NCBI RefSeq assembly: GCF_016592615.1
Contig: NZ_AP013043.1
Location: forward strand, 690,001-722,000
DNA: 32,000 nucleotides
Direction of reading: 5' to 3'
From: Isorropodon fossajaponicum endosymbiont JTNG4
Lineage (GTDB): Bacteria; Pseudomonadota; Gammaproteobacteria; PS1; Pseudothioglobaceae
Both the position numbers and the translations under genes were made by a program. The notes below the pieces were generated by a model, which saw only the letters and a program-made list of their open reading frames with translations, was not told the origin of the DNA and did not search any database. Shown piece by piece: positions 8,129 to 17,348 of this stretch (position 1 is its first letter; each line of letters opens with the position of its first letter).

Positions 8129-8863
8129 ATGGATTTTTCAATAACTGAACTCATTTTGGTGGGTTTGATTTTTATGTGGGCAGGGTTTGTGCGCACGGGG
8201 CTTGGGTTTGGTGGGGCTGCACTTGGGTTGCCGCTGATGTTGCTGGTGGGTGCGTCACCTGTTTATTGGTTGCCTATAATTGGGCTGCATTTGTTGTTTT
8301 TCTCTTCATTGACTTTGTTTAAGTCTATTAGGCAAGTGGATTGGTGTTATCTTAGGCGATCACTCTTATGGATTATTCCGCCGACTTTGGTTGGGGTATT
8401 CGGGCTGTTGTCATTACCTGATAAGGTGATGATTGTGTTTGTGTATTCAATCACGATTTTTTATTCAATTATTTGGATTTTTAACCAAAAGATTACCTCG
8501 CACCAACCGTGGGTGGACAAATTATTACTCATATTGGGTGGCTATGTGGCAGGCACTTCGCTCACTGGCGCACCTTTGATTGTGACTGTGTATATGCGCC
8601 ATGTGGCGAAGGAATATCTGCGTAATACTTTGTTTGTATTGTGGTTTATTTTGGTGGGTATTAAGATGAGCACTTTTGTGGCATTTGGCGTGATGATTGA
8701 TTGGCAATTGTCTTTGAGCTTAATTCCTATTGCAGTAATTGGACATGTTATCGGGCTTAAATTGCACCAAAGAATTATAGAGAATGACGATTTATTTAAA
8801 CGCTGGGTGGGTGGTGCGTTATTGTTGGTTAGTTCGTTTGGTGTTTTAAAGGTTGTTATGTAG
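8129..8863 (+). CDS. TSUP-family (TauE/SafE-like) anion/sulfite exporter
   Basis: The 244-aa polytopic protein contains GFVRTGLGFGGAALGLPLML and a second-half repeat. Length and topology are typical of the family. Confidence 0.75.
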   Translation: MDFSITELILVGLIFMWAGFVRTGLGFGGAALGLPLMLLVGASPVYWLPIIGLHLLFFSSLTLFKSIRQVDWCYLRRSLLWIIPPTLVGVFGLLSLPDKVMIVFVYSITIFYSIIWIFNQKITSHQPWVDKLLLILGGYVAGTSLTGAPLIVTVYMRHVAKEYLRNTLFVLWFILVGIKMSTFVAFGVMIDWQLSLSLIPIAVIGHVIGLKLHQRIIENDDLFKRWVGGALLLVSSFGVLKVVM

Positions 8864-8892
8864 TATTGGTAATTTTTAGTCTTGGTTGTGGG

Positions 8893-9308
8893 CTAGCCAT
8901 CTAAAGTATTAGCCATGATTGGAATCTCGCTAGTTTGTTTCATTTTTTCAAGTACAAAATTAGACGTTACTTTAAGAAACGAAACTTTACCAATCAGCTT
9001 TTTATAAAACAAATCATAGCTTTCAATATCCTTAATAATGACCTTTAATAGATAATCAATCGTGCCACTCATGCGGTGGCATTCTACAATTTCTGGCATT
9101 CTTTCAACAACTCTGGAGAACAAGGCTAGTTTTTTTGGTCGTGGTTTTCCATGGTAACAAACACAAAAGCCGTTGTGTTCAGATGCGCTTTTTTAGGATC
9201 AAGTATTGCGACAGTTTTTTGAATAAATCCATTAGATATGTCCTGAATGGTTAAATCTGCATTTTTTTGTAATAAATCTAAAATAGCGCTGTCTAGTTTA
9301 TCCAAAAT
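8893..9308 (-). pseudogene. Lrp/AsnC-family transcriptional regulator, frameshifted with an internal deletion in the HTH
   Basis: The C-terminal RAM domain lies in ORF 8893-9123 (PEIVECHRMSGTIDYLLKVIIKDIESYDLFY). The N-terminal part lies in another frame at 9124-9308 (LDKLDSAILDLLQKNADLTIQDISNG|FIQKTVAILDPKKAHLNTTAFVFVTMENHDQKN*). About 20 residues of the HTH are missing, and the frameshift is at a homopolymer near 9125-9135. Confidence 0.75.
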
Positions 9309-9317
9309 ATTTTTCTA

Positions 9318-9365
9318 TAAATTATATATTTATTAGAATAAATATTCTAATAAATATATAATTTA
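9318..9365. repeat. 48-bp AT-only palindrome (23-bp perfect arms, 2-nt spacer)
   Basis: TAAATTATATATTTATTAGAATA aa TATTCTAATAAATATATAATTTA was read directly. It lies just upstream of the Lrp-like pseudogene start. Confidence 0.85.
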
Positions 9366-9446
9366 GTTAGTATTTTACTAAATATACCTATTTTTATAGA
9401 TTTTTTTATATAAAGTACTGTCTTAACTTAATAAGACGTAAACAAT

Positions 9447-10165
9447 ATGTACCAATATGACACTAACGATGCCCAGTTTTAGACCAAAGAGTGGGGTAAT
9501 TTTCAAAGTAAGTGAGTAGATATTTAGAAGATGAACTTGATGATGACCAGTTTAGAAGCCTTCGTTTAAGAAATGGTTTATATCAAGAGTTGCATGCTTA
9601 CATGTTGCGTGTTGTCATTCCTTATGGCACATTAAATGTTAAGCAACTTCAACAGTTGGTCTATATTGCTGATAAATATGATAAAGGCTATGGTCATTTC
9701 ACCACCAGACAAAATATTCAGTTTAACTGGATACAATTAACTCAGATGGGTGAAATATTGAAAGATTTGGCCAAGGCTAATTTACATGCAATACAAACCA
9801 GTGGTAAGGTTGTGCGTAATATCACCGCTGATCCTTTATCTGGTATTAGGGTGGATGAAGTTGCAGATGCGCGTCCTTATTGTGAGCTTATTAGGCAGTG
9901 GTTTACTTTGCATTCAGAGTTTTCATGGCTACCAGGGAAATTTAAAATTGCCATTAATGGTGCTAAGTTAGATGAGATTGGTTTGGAGTTTCATGATTTA
10001 GGATTGCAATTAACACTGAATGACAAAAATCAATTAGGCTTTAGTGTTTATGTGGGTGGTGGCTTAGGGGCGGCACCTATGTTGGTGGCAAAAATAAAAT
10101 CGTTTGTTGCAGAGCAAGATATTTTGAGTAAGAGAAAGTTTATAAAAAAACGAATATTTTCTTAA
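9447..10165 (+). pseudogene. Sulfite/nitrite reductase hemoprotein (CysI-like), N-terminal ~230 codons with a frameshift, two in-frame TAA stops and a 3' truncation
   Basis: MYQYDTNDAQ(shift)VLDQRVG*FSK*VSRYLEDELDDDQFRSLRLRNGLYQELHAYMLRVVIPYG...GHFTTRQNIQFNW...HAIQTSGKVVRNIT...KFKIAINGA...VYVGGGLGAAP. Homology ends near 10125, and the siroheme/4Fe-4S half is absent. Confidence 0.75.
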
Positions 10166-10204
10166 TTTGTCTCGTATAACAAACAAATATACTGACATAA
10201 TATC

Positions 10205-10447
10205 TATGATTCTTTCTTGCTTATTCCAACAAAAAAATTAGCCGTTGTTTTTACGGTCTTTATTATCTTACTAGGATTGTCATCATTGCAATCAATTCAA
10301 AGAGATAAATTTCCCAATGTTGATTTGGAGAAGATGACAATTAATACCGCTTATCCTGGTGCTTCTCCTGAAGATGTTGAACTTAATGTCACCAATAAAA
10401 TTGAAGAAGAATTAAAGGGTATTATAGGTATAAAAAAATACGTCTAA
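10205..10447 (+). pseudogene. RND (AcrB/CzcA-type) efflux transporter, N-terminal ~80-codon fragment
   Basis: ...KKLAVVFTVFIILLGLSSLQSIQRDKFPNVDLEKMTINTAYPGASPEDVELNVTNKIEEELKGIIGIKKY is the typical first TM segment and start of the periplasmic loop. The rest of the ~1000-aa protein is absent, and the IS3 copy B end lies at 10498. Confidence 0.7.
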
Positions 10448-10526
10448 TGCGTTGACTAGCGTAGCTTGGGAACTGTTTACCCCACTGGTATTCAAACTGC
10501 AATGCTCTAACCTACTTGGACACATT

Positions 10527-11255
10527 TCAAGCCGCTTTTTTCAATTCAGCCATCTTTTGAGCAGGTGTTAAATACCCAATCGCTGAATGAATCCTTTTGT
10601 AATTATACAAGTAGATATAACCCTCTACATTTTGCACGACTTCACTATGATTTGCAAAACTTTGATAATTTAATCTCTCAGTCTTCAGACTTCTAAAGAA
10701 ACGCTCCATGACCGCATTATCCCAACAATTACCTCGCCTGCTCATGCTTTGAGTAATGTTGTTCTTGTTGCAATAATCAATAAAAACTTTAGAAGAGTAT
10801 TGAGTCCCTTGATCAGAGTGGAACATGTGTTTATTTGTATTGGGCTGGTGTCTAGACACAGCATTACTAAGCGCATCCTTTGCCAACTGAGCATTAGGCT
10901 GTTTTGACAATGCCCAACCAACAACTTGTCTTGAGCCTAAATCCAACACACTGGCTAAATAACTCCCACCTTGATAGGTTTTGATATAGGTAATATCACC
11001 AACCCAATGCGTATTAATTGATTGCTGCTCAAACACACGATTTAATAGGTTTTTTGCCTTTTTAAACATCAATCTAGTATTAGGGTAATAATGACGCTTT
11101 CTTGGGCGTATGGCAACTACATTGGCTTTTTTCATTAGCGTTGCAGTTTGGTAAATACCAATGTTATAACCTTGGTTATTCAAAACTACTCGCATTCTGC
11201 GTTTGCCATAGGTGTATCCAACTTCAATAGCAGTTTGTTTGATTAATTTAATCAT
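10527..11255 (-). CDS. IS3-family transposase OrfB (identical protein to 2477-3205)
   Basis: The ORF-track translation is identical to copy A OrfB (242 aa). Confidence 0.85.
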   Translation of the reverse strand: MIKLIKQTAIEVGYTYGKRRMRVVLNNQGYNIGIYQTATLMKKANVVAIRPRKRHYYPNTRLMFKKAKNLLNRVFEQQSINTHWVGDITYIKTYQGGSYLASVLDLGSRQVVGWALSKQPNAQLAKDALSNAVSRHQPNTNKHMFHSDQGTQYSSKVFIDYCNKNNITQSMSRRGNCWDNAVMERFFRSLKTERLNYQSFANHSEVVQNVEGYIYLYNYKRIHSAIGYLTPAQKMAELKKAA

Positions 11256-11380
11256 AGCGTTGGTGTTGTTGTTTACTCGCTTATCTTTGACTTGATAGTA
11301 ATAACTACTGCGAGGAAGTTTGAGTAATGCTCATAATTCTTTAGTATTGTATTGTTGGCAAGCCTTGTTTATCTTGATAA

Positions 11381-11732
11381 TCATATCACTTGGTGATTGT
11401 CCACAGCGAACAAGGCTGTTGCCTTTTTTAAGATTTCATTGTCCCTTTGTGCGCGCCAAAGTTGTTTCTCAAGCAGTTGTATTGTTTGTTGTTCAGAAGT
11501 CAGCGCTTTGCCTGACTCTGGTGTTTGTCCACCAAGCTCTGCTAGGTATTGTTTTCTCCATCTGCTAACTGCTGAGGAGCAAGCTCCTGATATTATCATG
11601 ATTTTTTTTATTGGTGTAATTCTCATGCACCATGAGTTTGGCATAATCTAGTGTTCCCCCCTCAAGGGGGTATTGAACAGAATGTTCAACGGTAAAAGTC
11701 ACTCGTTGTTTTCTTGATTTATATTGTGTCAT
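11381..11732 (-). pseudogene. IS3-family OrfA, frameshifted in this copy
   Basis: A T8 run at 11602-11609 (A8 on the coding strand) replaces the A7 of copy A (2124-2130). This separates the first ~38 codons (ATG at 11732) from the rest (ORF 11381-11644). Confidence 0.8.
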
Positions 11733-11797
11733 TACTGACCTCCTTATGGTTTGTATTATAAGGCTATCTTTGTGTCCAATAAAATTAGACTATTGCA

Positions 11798-11972
11798 CCG
11801 GTAACTTTATCACAATAACCGCACAATTCATGACCATTGGCTAGTTTGATTTTTTTATTATCTAGAATGATGCCATCCTTTTTCAGTTCTGCCAGCGTTC
11901 TTGAAAAGGACTCTGGTTTCATGCCTAAATAAGCAGCAGTTAAGGATTTTGAATAAGGCAATTCAAATGTGT
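11798..11972 (-). pseudogene. Crp/Fnr-family regulator, C-terminal HTH fragment (~58 codons), truncated at both ends
   Basis: The minus-strand translation is ...TFELPYSKSLTAAYLGMKPESFSRTLAELKKDGIILDNKKIKLANGHELCGYCDKVT. This matches the FxLxMsRxDIAxYLGlxxETxSRxLxxL pattern. It abuts IS3 copy B on one side and the hemN fragment on the other. Confidence 0.65.
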
Positions 11973-11973
11973 T

Positions 11974-12868
11974 GTTAATTTTGCTGATGATGGCGAATAC
12001 TCTATTGAGGTTGACCCTAGAGGAGTTGGTAAAGACACAATTAAGGCATTAGCACGAGCCAGATTTAATCGCATTAGTTTAGGTGTGCAAGATTTTAATG
12101 TTGATGTTCAGAAAGCGGTTAATCGCATTCAGAGCTTTGAACAAACCAAAGCAGTGATGGATTTATCTAGGTCGCACAGGTTTGAGTCCATCAGTATTGA
12201 TTTGATTTATGGGCTGCCTAAGCAATTTGAAACAACGCTTAATCAAGTTGCGCAGTTGCGTCCTGAGCGTATTTCATTATTTAACTATGCTCATTTGCCA
12301 GAACTATTTAAACCACAACATCGTATTGATGTTTTGATGTTGCCATCGGCTGATGAAAAGCTGGCCATTTTTAAATATTCGATGGATTTTTTATTAAGCC
12401 AAAGCTATGTGTATATTGGCATGGACCATTTTTCTTTGCTAGAAGACCCGCTGGCAATTGCACAAAGCAAGGGGCAACCGTATCGAAATTTCCAAGGTTA
12501 TTCTACTCATGCACAGTGTGATATTATTGGCTTGGGGCTTAGTGCAATTGGGCAAGTGGGTGGGAGTTTTTCTCAGAATAAAAAAACAAGGTCAAATTAT
12601 TAATCAAGATGATAAGATTAGGCGTTTGGTGATTATGGATTTGATTTTTAATTTTGAGTTAAGTTTTACCAAAATCGAACAAACTTTTAATATTGTATTT
12701 GCAGATAGCTTGTCTGAGTTGAATGAAATGGCTGAGGATGGCTTGCTTGAAATAACAAACCGTTCAATTAAGGTAATGGACAAAGGTCAATTATTGATTC
12801 GTAACATTTGCATGGTGTTTGATGCATATCTTGCTTTGAGCAAAACTCAGTTTTCAAAAACTATCTAA
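11974..12868 (+). pseudogene. hemN: Oxygen-independent coproporphyrinogen III oxidase, 5'-truncated, with an internal deletion and frameshift
   Basis: NFADDGEYSIEVDPR...FNRISLGVQDFNVDVQKAVNRIQ...IDLIYGLPKQ...FNYAHLP...RNFQGYS matches HemN from about residue 130 onward. The radical-SAM CxxxCxxC N-terminus is absent. The frame changes in an A-run near 12585-12600, where about 20 codons are also missing. The C-terminus (KGQLLIRNICMVFDAYL) lies in ORF 12458-12868. Confidence 0.8.
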
Positions 12869-13442
12869 GTACGTCAAATTCTGGCGCAAGGTTTAGCTCA
12901 AAAGCGCTTGTTTTAATGTTTGGATTGATGGCAACTGAATTAAAAGTAACTAAAATTGTTTGATCCAGTTCATTATTAAGCGTAATGGCTTGTAGTGTGT
13001 TATCTTTAAAACCAAAACTCAATTGGTTGGCTTGCTGAGTGCTGTACCAATTAATCTTATCTTTTGTATGTATATATTGTGGCGTATGGCTGATATTGCT
13101 AGGTCGATTAATAAGCCAATATAGTGGCGTTTGTGTTAAGTCAGTTGTTTGCATTAAACTGGCTTGTTCTAATTCAATATCAACCAGCCACAACTCAGTA
13201 TTATTTAACAGTAGTATTTGCTCATTTGGTATTAGCGTATGCCAAATGAGTTGTTGTGGACGTTTAAATAATAAAGTACCAGAAGAGTTGGCTAACAGTG
13301 TGCCTGTATTGTTATAGGTGCTTTGTGTAAAGTTGGCACTTAAACGTTCAAATGAGTTAAAAAAATTAGAAAACTCATGGTTACTATTAGCAAAGCTAAA
13401 ACTAGAAAATATAAGTATTAGAGTGCTTAAAAACTTAGTCAT
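12861..13442 (-). CDS. lolA: Outer-membrane lipoprotein carrier protein
   Basis: The 193-aa ORF has a signal peptide and LolA-like blocks (FxQ...G.LxFKRPxQLxW). It sits immediately downstream of ftsK and overlaps it, the conserved ftsK-lolA arrangement. Confidence 0.85.
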   Translation of the reverse strand: MTKFLSTLILIFSSFSFANSNHEFSNFFNSFERLSANFTQSTYNNTGTLLANSSGTLLFKRPQQLIWHTLIPNEQILLLNNTELWLVDIELEQASLMQTTDLTQTPLYWLINRPSNISHTPQYIHTKDKINWYSTQQANQLSFGFKDNTLQAITLNNELDQTILVTFNSVAINPNIKTSAFELNLAPEFDVLR

Positions 13443-15720
13443 TAGTATTAATGGGTTCAGGTGCTAACACTTGGCGATTACCAGCGCTGTTCATACTACT
13501 TACTACGCCACTGGCTTCCATGTCTTCAATAATACGTGCTGCGCGGTTATAGCCAATACGCATGCGACGTTGTAGGCTAGAGATTGAAGCGCGACGTGAT
13601 GAGGTTACAATTTGCACGGCTTCATCATACAAGGCATCAAGTTCACCTGAGGCGTTTGAAGTGCTGTTTGAATCTTGTGAATCATCTGACTCACTATGGG
13701 TATTAAGAATGCCGTCTAGGTAGTTGGTTTCGGAGTTTTCTTTTAAGAAATTAACCACGCGCTCAATCTCTCCATCATCAACAAAAGCACCATGCACACG
13801 AGTAAGATGTGACATGCCTGGTGTCATATAGAGCATATCGCCCATACCGAGTAATTGTTCAGCGCCACCTTGGTCAAGAATGGTGCGCGAATCAACTTTT
13901 GAAGAAACTTTAAAAGCAATACGTGTGGGTATGTTAGATTTAATCAGACCAGTAATGACATCCACACTTGGGCGCTGCGTGGCAATGATAATGTGAATGC
14001 CTGCAGCTCGAGCTTTTTGTGCTAAGCGCACAATGAGCGCCTCAACACGTTTAGCTTTGGCACGGTCCTCTTGGGCGAGTGCACCAAGCATATCGGCGTA
14101 TTCATCAATCACCAGCATAATCAGTGGTAGTGCTTCTAACTCAGGCGCTGTTTCATCTTCATCGGCAGTATTTGGATTAAATGACGGGTCAAGCAGGGGC
14201 TCGCCTTTGTCCTTAGATTTTTTGAGTTTCTCATTAAAGCCTTCAATATTACGTACGCCAAACTTGGCTAATAATGAATAACGACGCTCCATTTCATTAA
14301 CACACCACCACAAGGCAGAAGTAGCCTGGTTCATATCTGTTACAACAGGTGTAAGCAAGTGTGGAATATCAGCATAACAGGCCAGTTCAACAATCTTAGG
14401 GTCAATCATAATAATGCGCACTTCTTCTGGCTTGGCTTTGAAAAGCACACTTAAAATCATGGCATTTAGCCCGACTGATTTACCCATGCCAGTTGCACCA
14501 GCAACAAGCAAGTGCGGCATTTTTGCTAGATTGGCAATAATGGGAATACCATTAATATCTTTACCCAAGCCCATGGTTAAGGCGGAGCTAGATTTGATAA
14601 AATTTTCAGAAGCAAGGATTTCTTTAAGGCTAATCATTTCACGCTGTGCATTCGGAATTTCCAAGCCAATAACAGGCTTGCCAGGGATAACATCAACAAT
14701 ACGCACACCCTCAACCAACAGAGCGCGAGCTAAGTCTTTGTTAAGATTCATAATCTGACTGACCTTAACACCAGGCGCAAGTGATATTTCAAATTGAGTA
14801 ACCACAGGACCAGGAGTAACCGTAGTAACTGACACATCAAAGCCAAAATCTTTAAGCTTGATTTCAACTTGGCGTGACATGTCTTCCAACGCTTGTTTAG
14901 AATAACCTGTGGTATGTTCAGTTGGCTCATCAAGCAAATCTAGGCTTGGCAAGCCAGTAATAGTTGTTGTGTTGAATAGATTAGAAGAGGCGGCTTTTTT
15001 AATGTTCTTATTTGACCCTTCCTTGCCTTTTTTTATTTTAGTAAGCACGCTGGGTTTGGCATTTGATTGTTTGGAGGTGGTAGAAATCTTTATAGCCCTT
15101 TTGGTTTTGGACCGCGTTCTCATGTCACGCATTTTTGTAAAAAGACGATTCAGCATGCCGCCAGTAGAAGAGAGAATATTAATCCATGAAGTACTACTGG
15201 CAATGCTAAGACTAATCATCATAATGCCGAGATAAATAATGAGTGCTGCAGAGCCAAATAAAACACCAAAATAACGATGCATGGTAATACCAATATAGCC
15301 ACCAGAAACGCCTGTATCTGCGAAATTTTGAGTTAAAAATGCTGCACTAAAAGCAATCAATGCGATAAGTGCAATAAAACGAAGGGTAGCTACTGAGTAT
15401 TTTGGCCTTTCTTGATTAACATGTTTGTGGATATTCCAGCCTAGCCACATTAATGAAATCGGTATTAAATAGGCGCTATAACCTAAAATAGATAAAGAAA
15501 TATCACTTAAATAAGCACCAAACACACCTGCAAGATTAGCAACTGGTGCAATCAGAGCAACATCACCCGACCAAGGATTTTCGTTAGTAGAGTGGGTTAA
15601 TAAGGCGGATAAAAAAATAAAACCCACGGTACTCAGAAAAATAAACAGTATTTCACTGGTTATTTTGGTACGAGGTTTTTGTGGGTATCTTTTTGTGCTT
15701 ATTTTGTTATTCTTTTTCAA
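13435..15720 (-). CDS. ftsK: DNA translocase FtsK
   Basis: The 761-aa ORF has an N-terminal 4-TM domain and a linker. The motor domain carries Walker A (LVAGATGMGKS), the Walker B region (MLVIDEYADM) and the C-terminal gamma winged helix (SISSLQRRMRIGYNRAARIIE). Confidence 0.95.
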   Translation of the reverse strand: MKKNNKISTKRYPQKPRTKITSEILFIFLSTVGFIFLSALLTHSTNENPWSGDVALIAPVANLAGVFGAYLSDISLSILGYSAYLIPISLMWLGWNIHKHVNQERPKYSVATLRFIALIALIAFSAAFLTQNFADTGVSGGYIGITMHRYFGVLFGSAALIIYLGIMMISLSIASSTSWINILSSTGGMLNRLFTKMRDMRTRSKTKRAIKISTTSKQSNAKPSVLTKIKKGKEGSNKNIKKAASSNLFNTTTITGLPSLDLLDEPTEHTTGYSKQALEDMSRQVEIKLKDFGFDVSVTTVTPGPVVTQFEISLAPGVKVSQIMNLNKDLARALLVEGVRIVDVIPGKPVIGLEIPNAQREMISLKEILASENFIKSSSALTMGLGKDINGIPIIANLAKMPHLLVAGATGMGKSVGLNAMILSVLFKAKPEEVRIIMIDPKIVELACYADIPHLLTPVVTDMNQATSALWWCVNEMERRYSLLAKFGVRNIEGFNEKLKKSKDKGEPLLDPSFNPNTADEDETAPELEALPLIMLVIDEYADMLGALAQEDRAKAKRVEALIVRLAQKARAAGIHIIIATQRPSVDVITGLIKSNIPTRIAFKVSSKVDSRTILDQGGAEQLLGMGDMLYMTPGMSHLTRVHGAFVDDGEIERVVNFLKENSETNYLDGILNTHSESDDSQDSNSTSNASGELDALYDEAVQIVTSSRRASISSLQRRMRIGYNRAARIIEDMEASGVVSSMNSAGNRQVLAPEPINTND

Positions 15721-15759
15721 GGTGGTTTATAATGTTTCGAATGTATCCACAAAGTATAA

Positions 15760-16713
<954 letters not shown>

Positions 16714-16765
16714 ACTTTTTTTAAAGGTATAATTCTCATTTTTTGTCCAATAAAAAGGGCATAAA

Positions 16766-16841
16766 GGCCACATAGCTCAGTTGGTAGAGCAAGGGACTGA
16801 AAATCCCTGTGTCCCTAGTTCAATTCTAGGTGTGGCCACCA
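16766..16841 (+). tRNA. tRNA-Phe (anticodon GAA), CCA encoded
   Basis: A hand-folded cloverleaf gives acceptor GGCCACA/TGTGGCC, D arm GCTC-AGTTGGTA-GAGC, anticodon arm AGGGA-CTGAAAA-TCCCT, variable loop GTGTC, T arm CCTAG-TTCAATT-CTAGG, and discriminator A plus CCA. Confidence 0.93.
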
Positions 16842-16851
16842 TATTTAATTA

Positions 16852-16874
16852 AGCGCACTTAGGTGCGTTTTTTG
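16852..16874 (+). terminator. Intrinsic terminator after tRNA-Phe
   Basis: The hairpin AGCGCAC-TTAG-GTGCGTT runs into a T-run. Confidence 0.5.
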
Positions 16875-17016
16875 TTAAAGTCAGTAGCCATTATTTTATT
16901 GTTTATGCAACTTAAAGGCATTGGTCGTTATGCGCAAGACACAAGCTTAAAAAGTAGCAGGCAATGATGTTTAGTATACTTGCTAATAAATATTATAGTT
17001 TTATTATATAATAAGT

Positions 17017-17044
17017 TTGCAATATTATTATTTAATGATATAAT
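17017..17044 (+). promoter_or_regulatory. Candidate sigma70 promoter with extended -10
   Basis: TTGCAA (17017-17022), a 16-nt spacer, then TGaTATAAT (17036-17044). It sits in an AT-rich spacer, so chance occurrence is plausible. Confidence 0.3.
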
Positions 17045-17132
17045 ACTCACATGTTGCCACTACCCCAAGAATTACCCTCTCCTCAAGAGATGAGGTGGCA
17101 ACATACTCAAACAAAACCAATCAGGCATATCT

Positions 17133-17333
17133 GTGGCTGATCTATGCCGTGAATACGCAATGTCTCAAGCCACATTTTACAAATGGAGATCTAAATACGG
17201 TGATACAGATTTTGTCTCTATGGTTAAACGCTTAAAAGAGCTAGAATCAGAAAATGCTCAATTCAAGCGTATGTATGCTGAGAGTGAGTTGAAACTGCAA
17301 ATTACAAAGGATGCCTTAGCAAAAAAGTTCTAA
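17133..17333 (+). pseudogene. IS3-family OrfA remnant (N-terminus missing)
   Basis: (ILKQNQSGIS)VADLCREYAMSQATFYKWRSKYG...RLKELESENAQFKRMYAE. An in-frame stop lies about 14 codons upstream and there is no proper start. Confidence 0.75.
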
Positions 17334-17348
17334 AGCCATCCCAGTGGC

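Larger units (their letters stand above)
10498..11797 (-). mobile_element. IS3-family insertion sequence, copy B (1300 bp), inverted relative to copy A
   Basis: It is colinear with 1936-3234 on the opposite strand. The differences I could see are 3 substitutions and an 8-nt versus 7-nt homopolymer. Confidence 0.9.

Noticed and set aside
9318-9365. The AT palindrome and the identical IS segments might indicate a CRISPR array or tandem repeat array.
   Set aside because: The palindrome is a single copy. The only long repeats are the two IS3 copies. No regularly spaced short direct repeats occur anywhere in the window.
1936-11797. The inverted IS3 pair might be a composite transposon carrying cargo.
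   Set aside because: The interval contains core single-copy-type genes in native operon order (hisF, uppS-cdsA-dxr). There are no target-site duplications around the unit. Both IS copies carry a stop in the transposase fusion frame. It is better described as a recombination or inversion substrate than as a mobile cargo unit.
16842-17094. An integrase gene or an attachment-site repeat might lie next to tRNA-Phe.
   Set aside because: No ORF of meaningful length occurs in any frame of this spacer. I could not find a second copy of the tRNA 3' end by eye at the far end of the block (25150-25450). The island interpretation is therefore kept only as inference.
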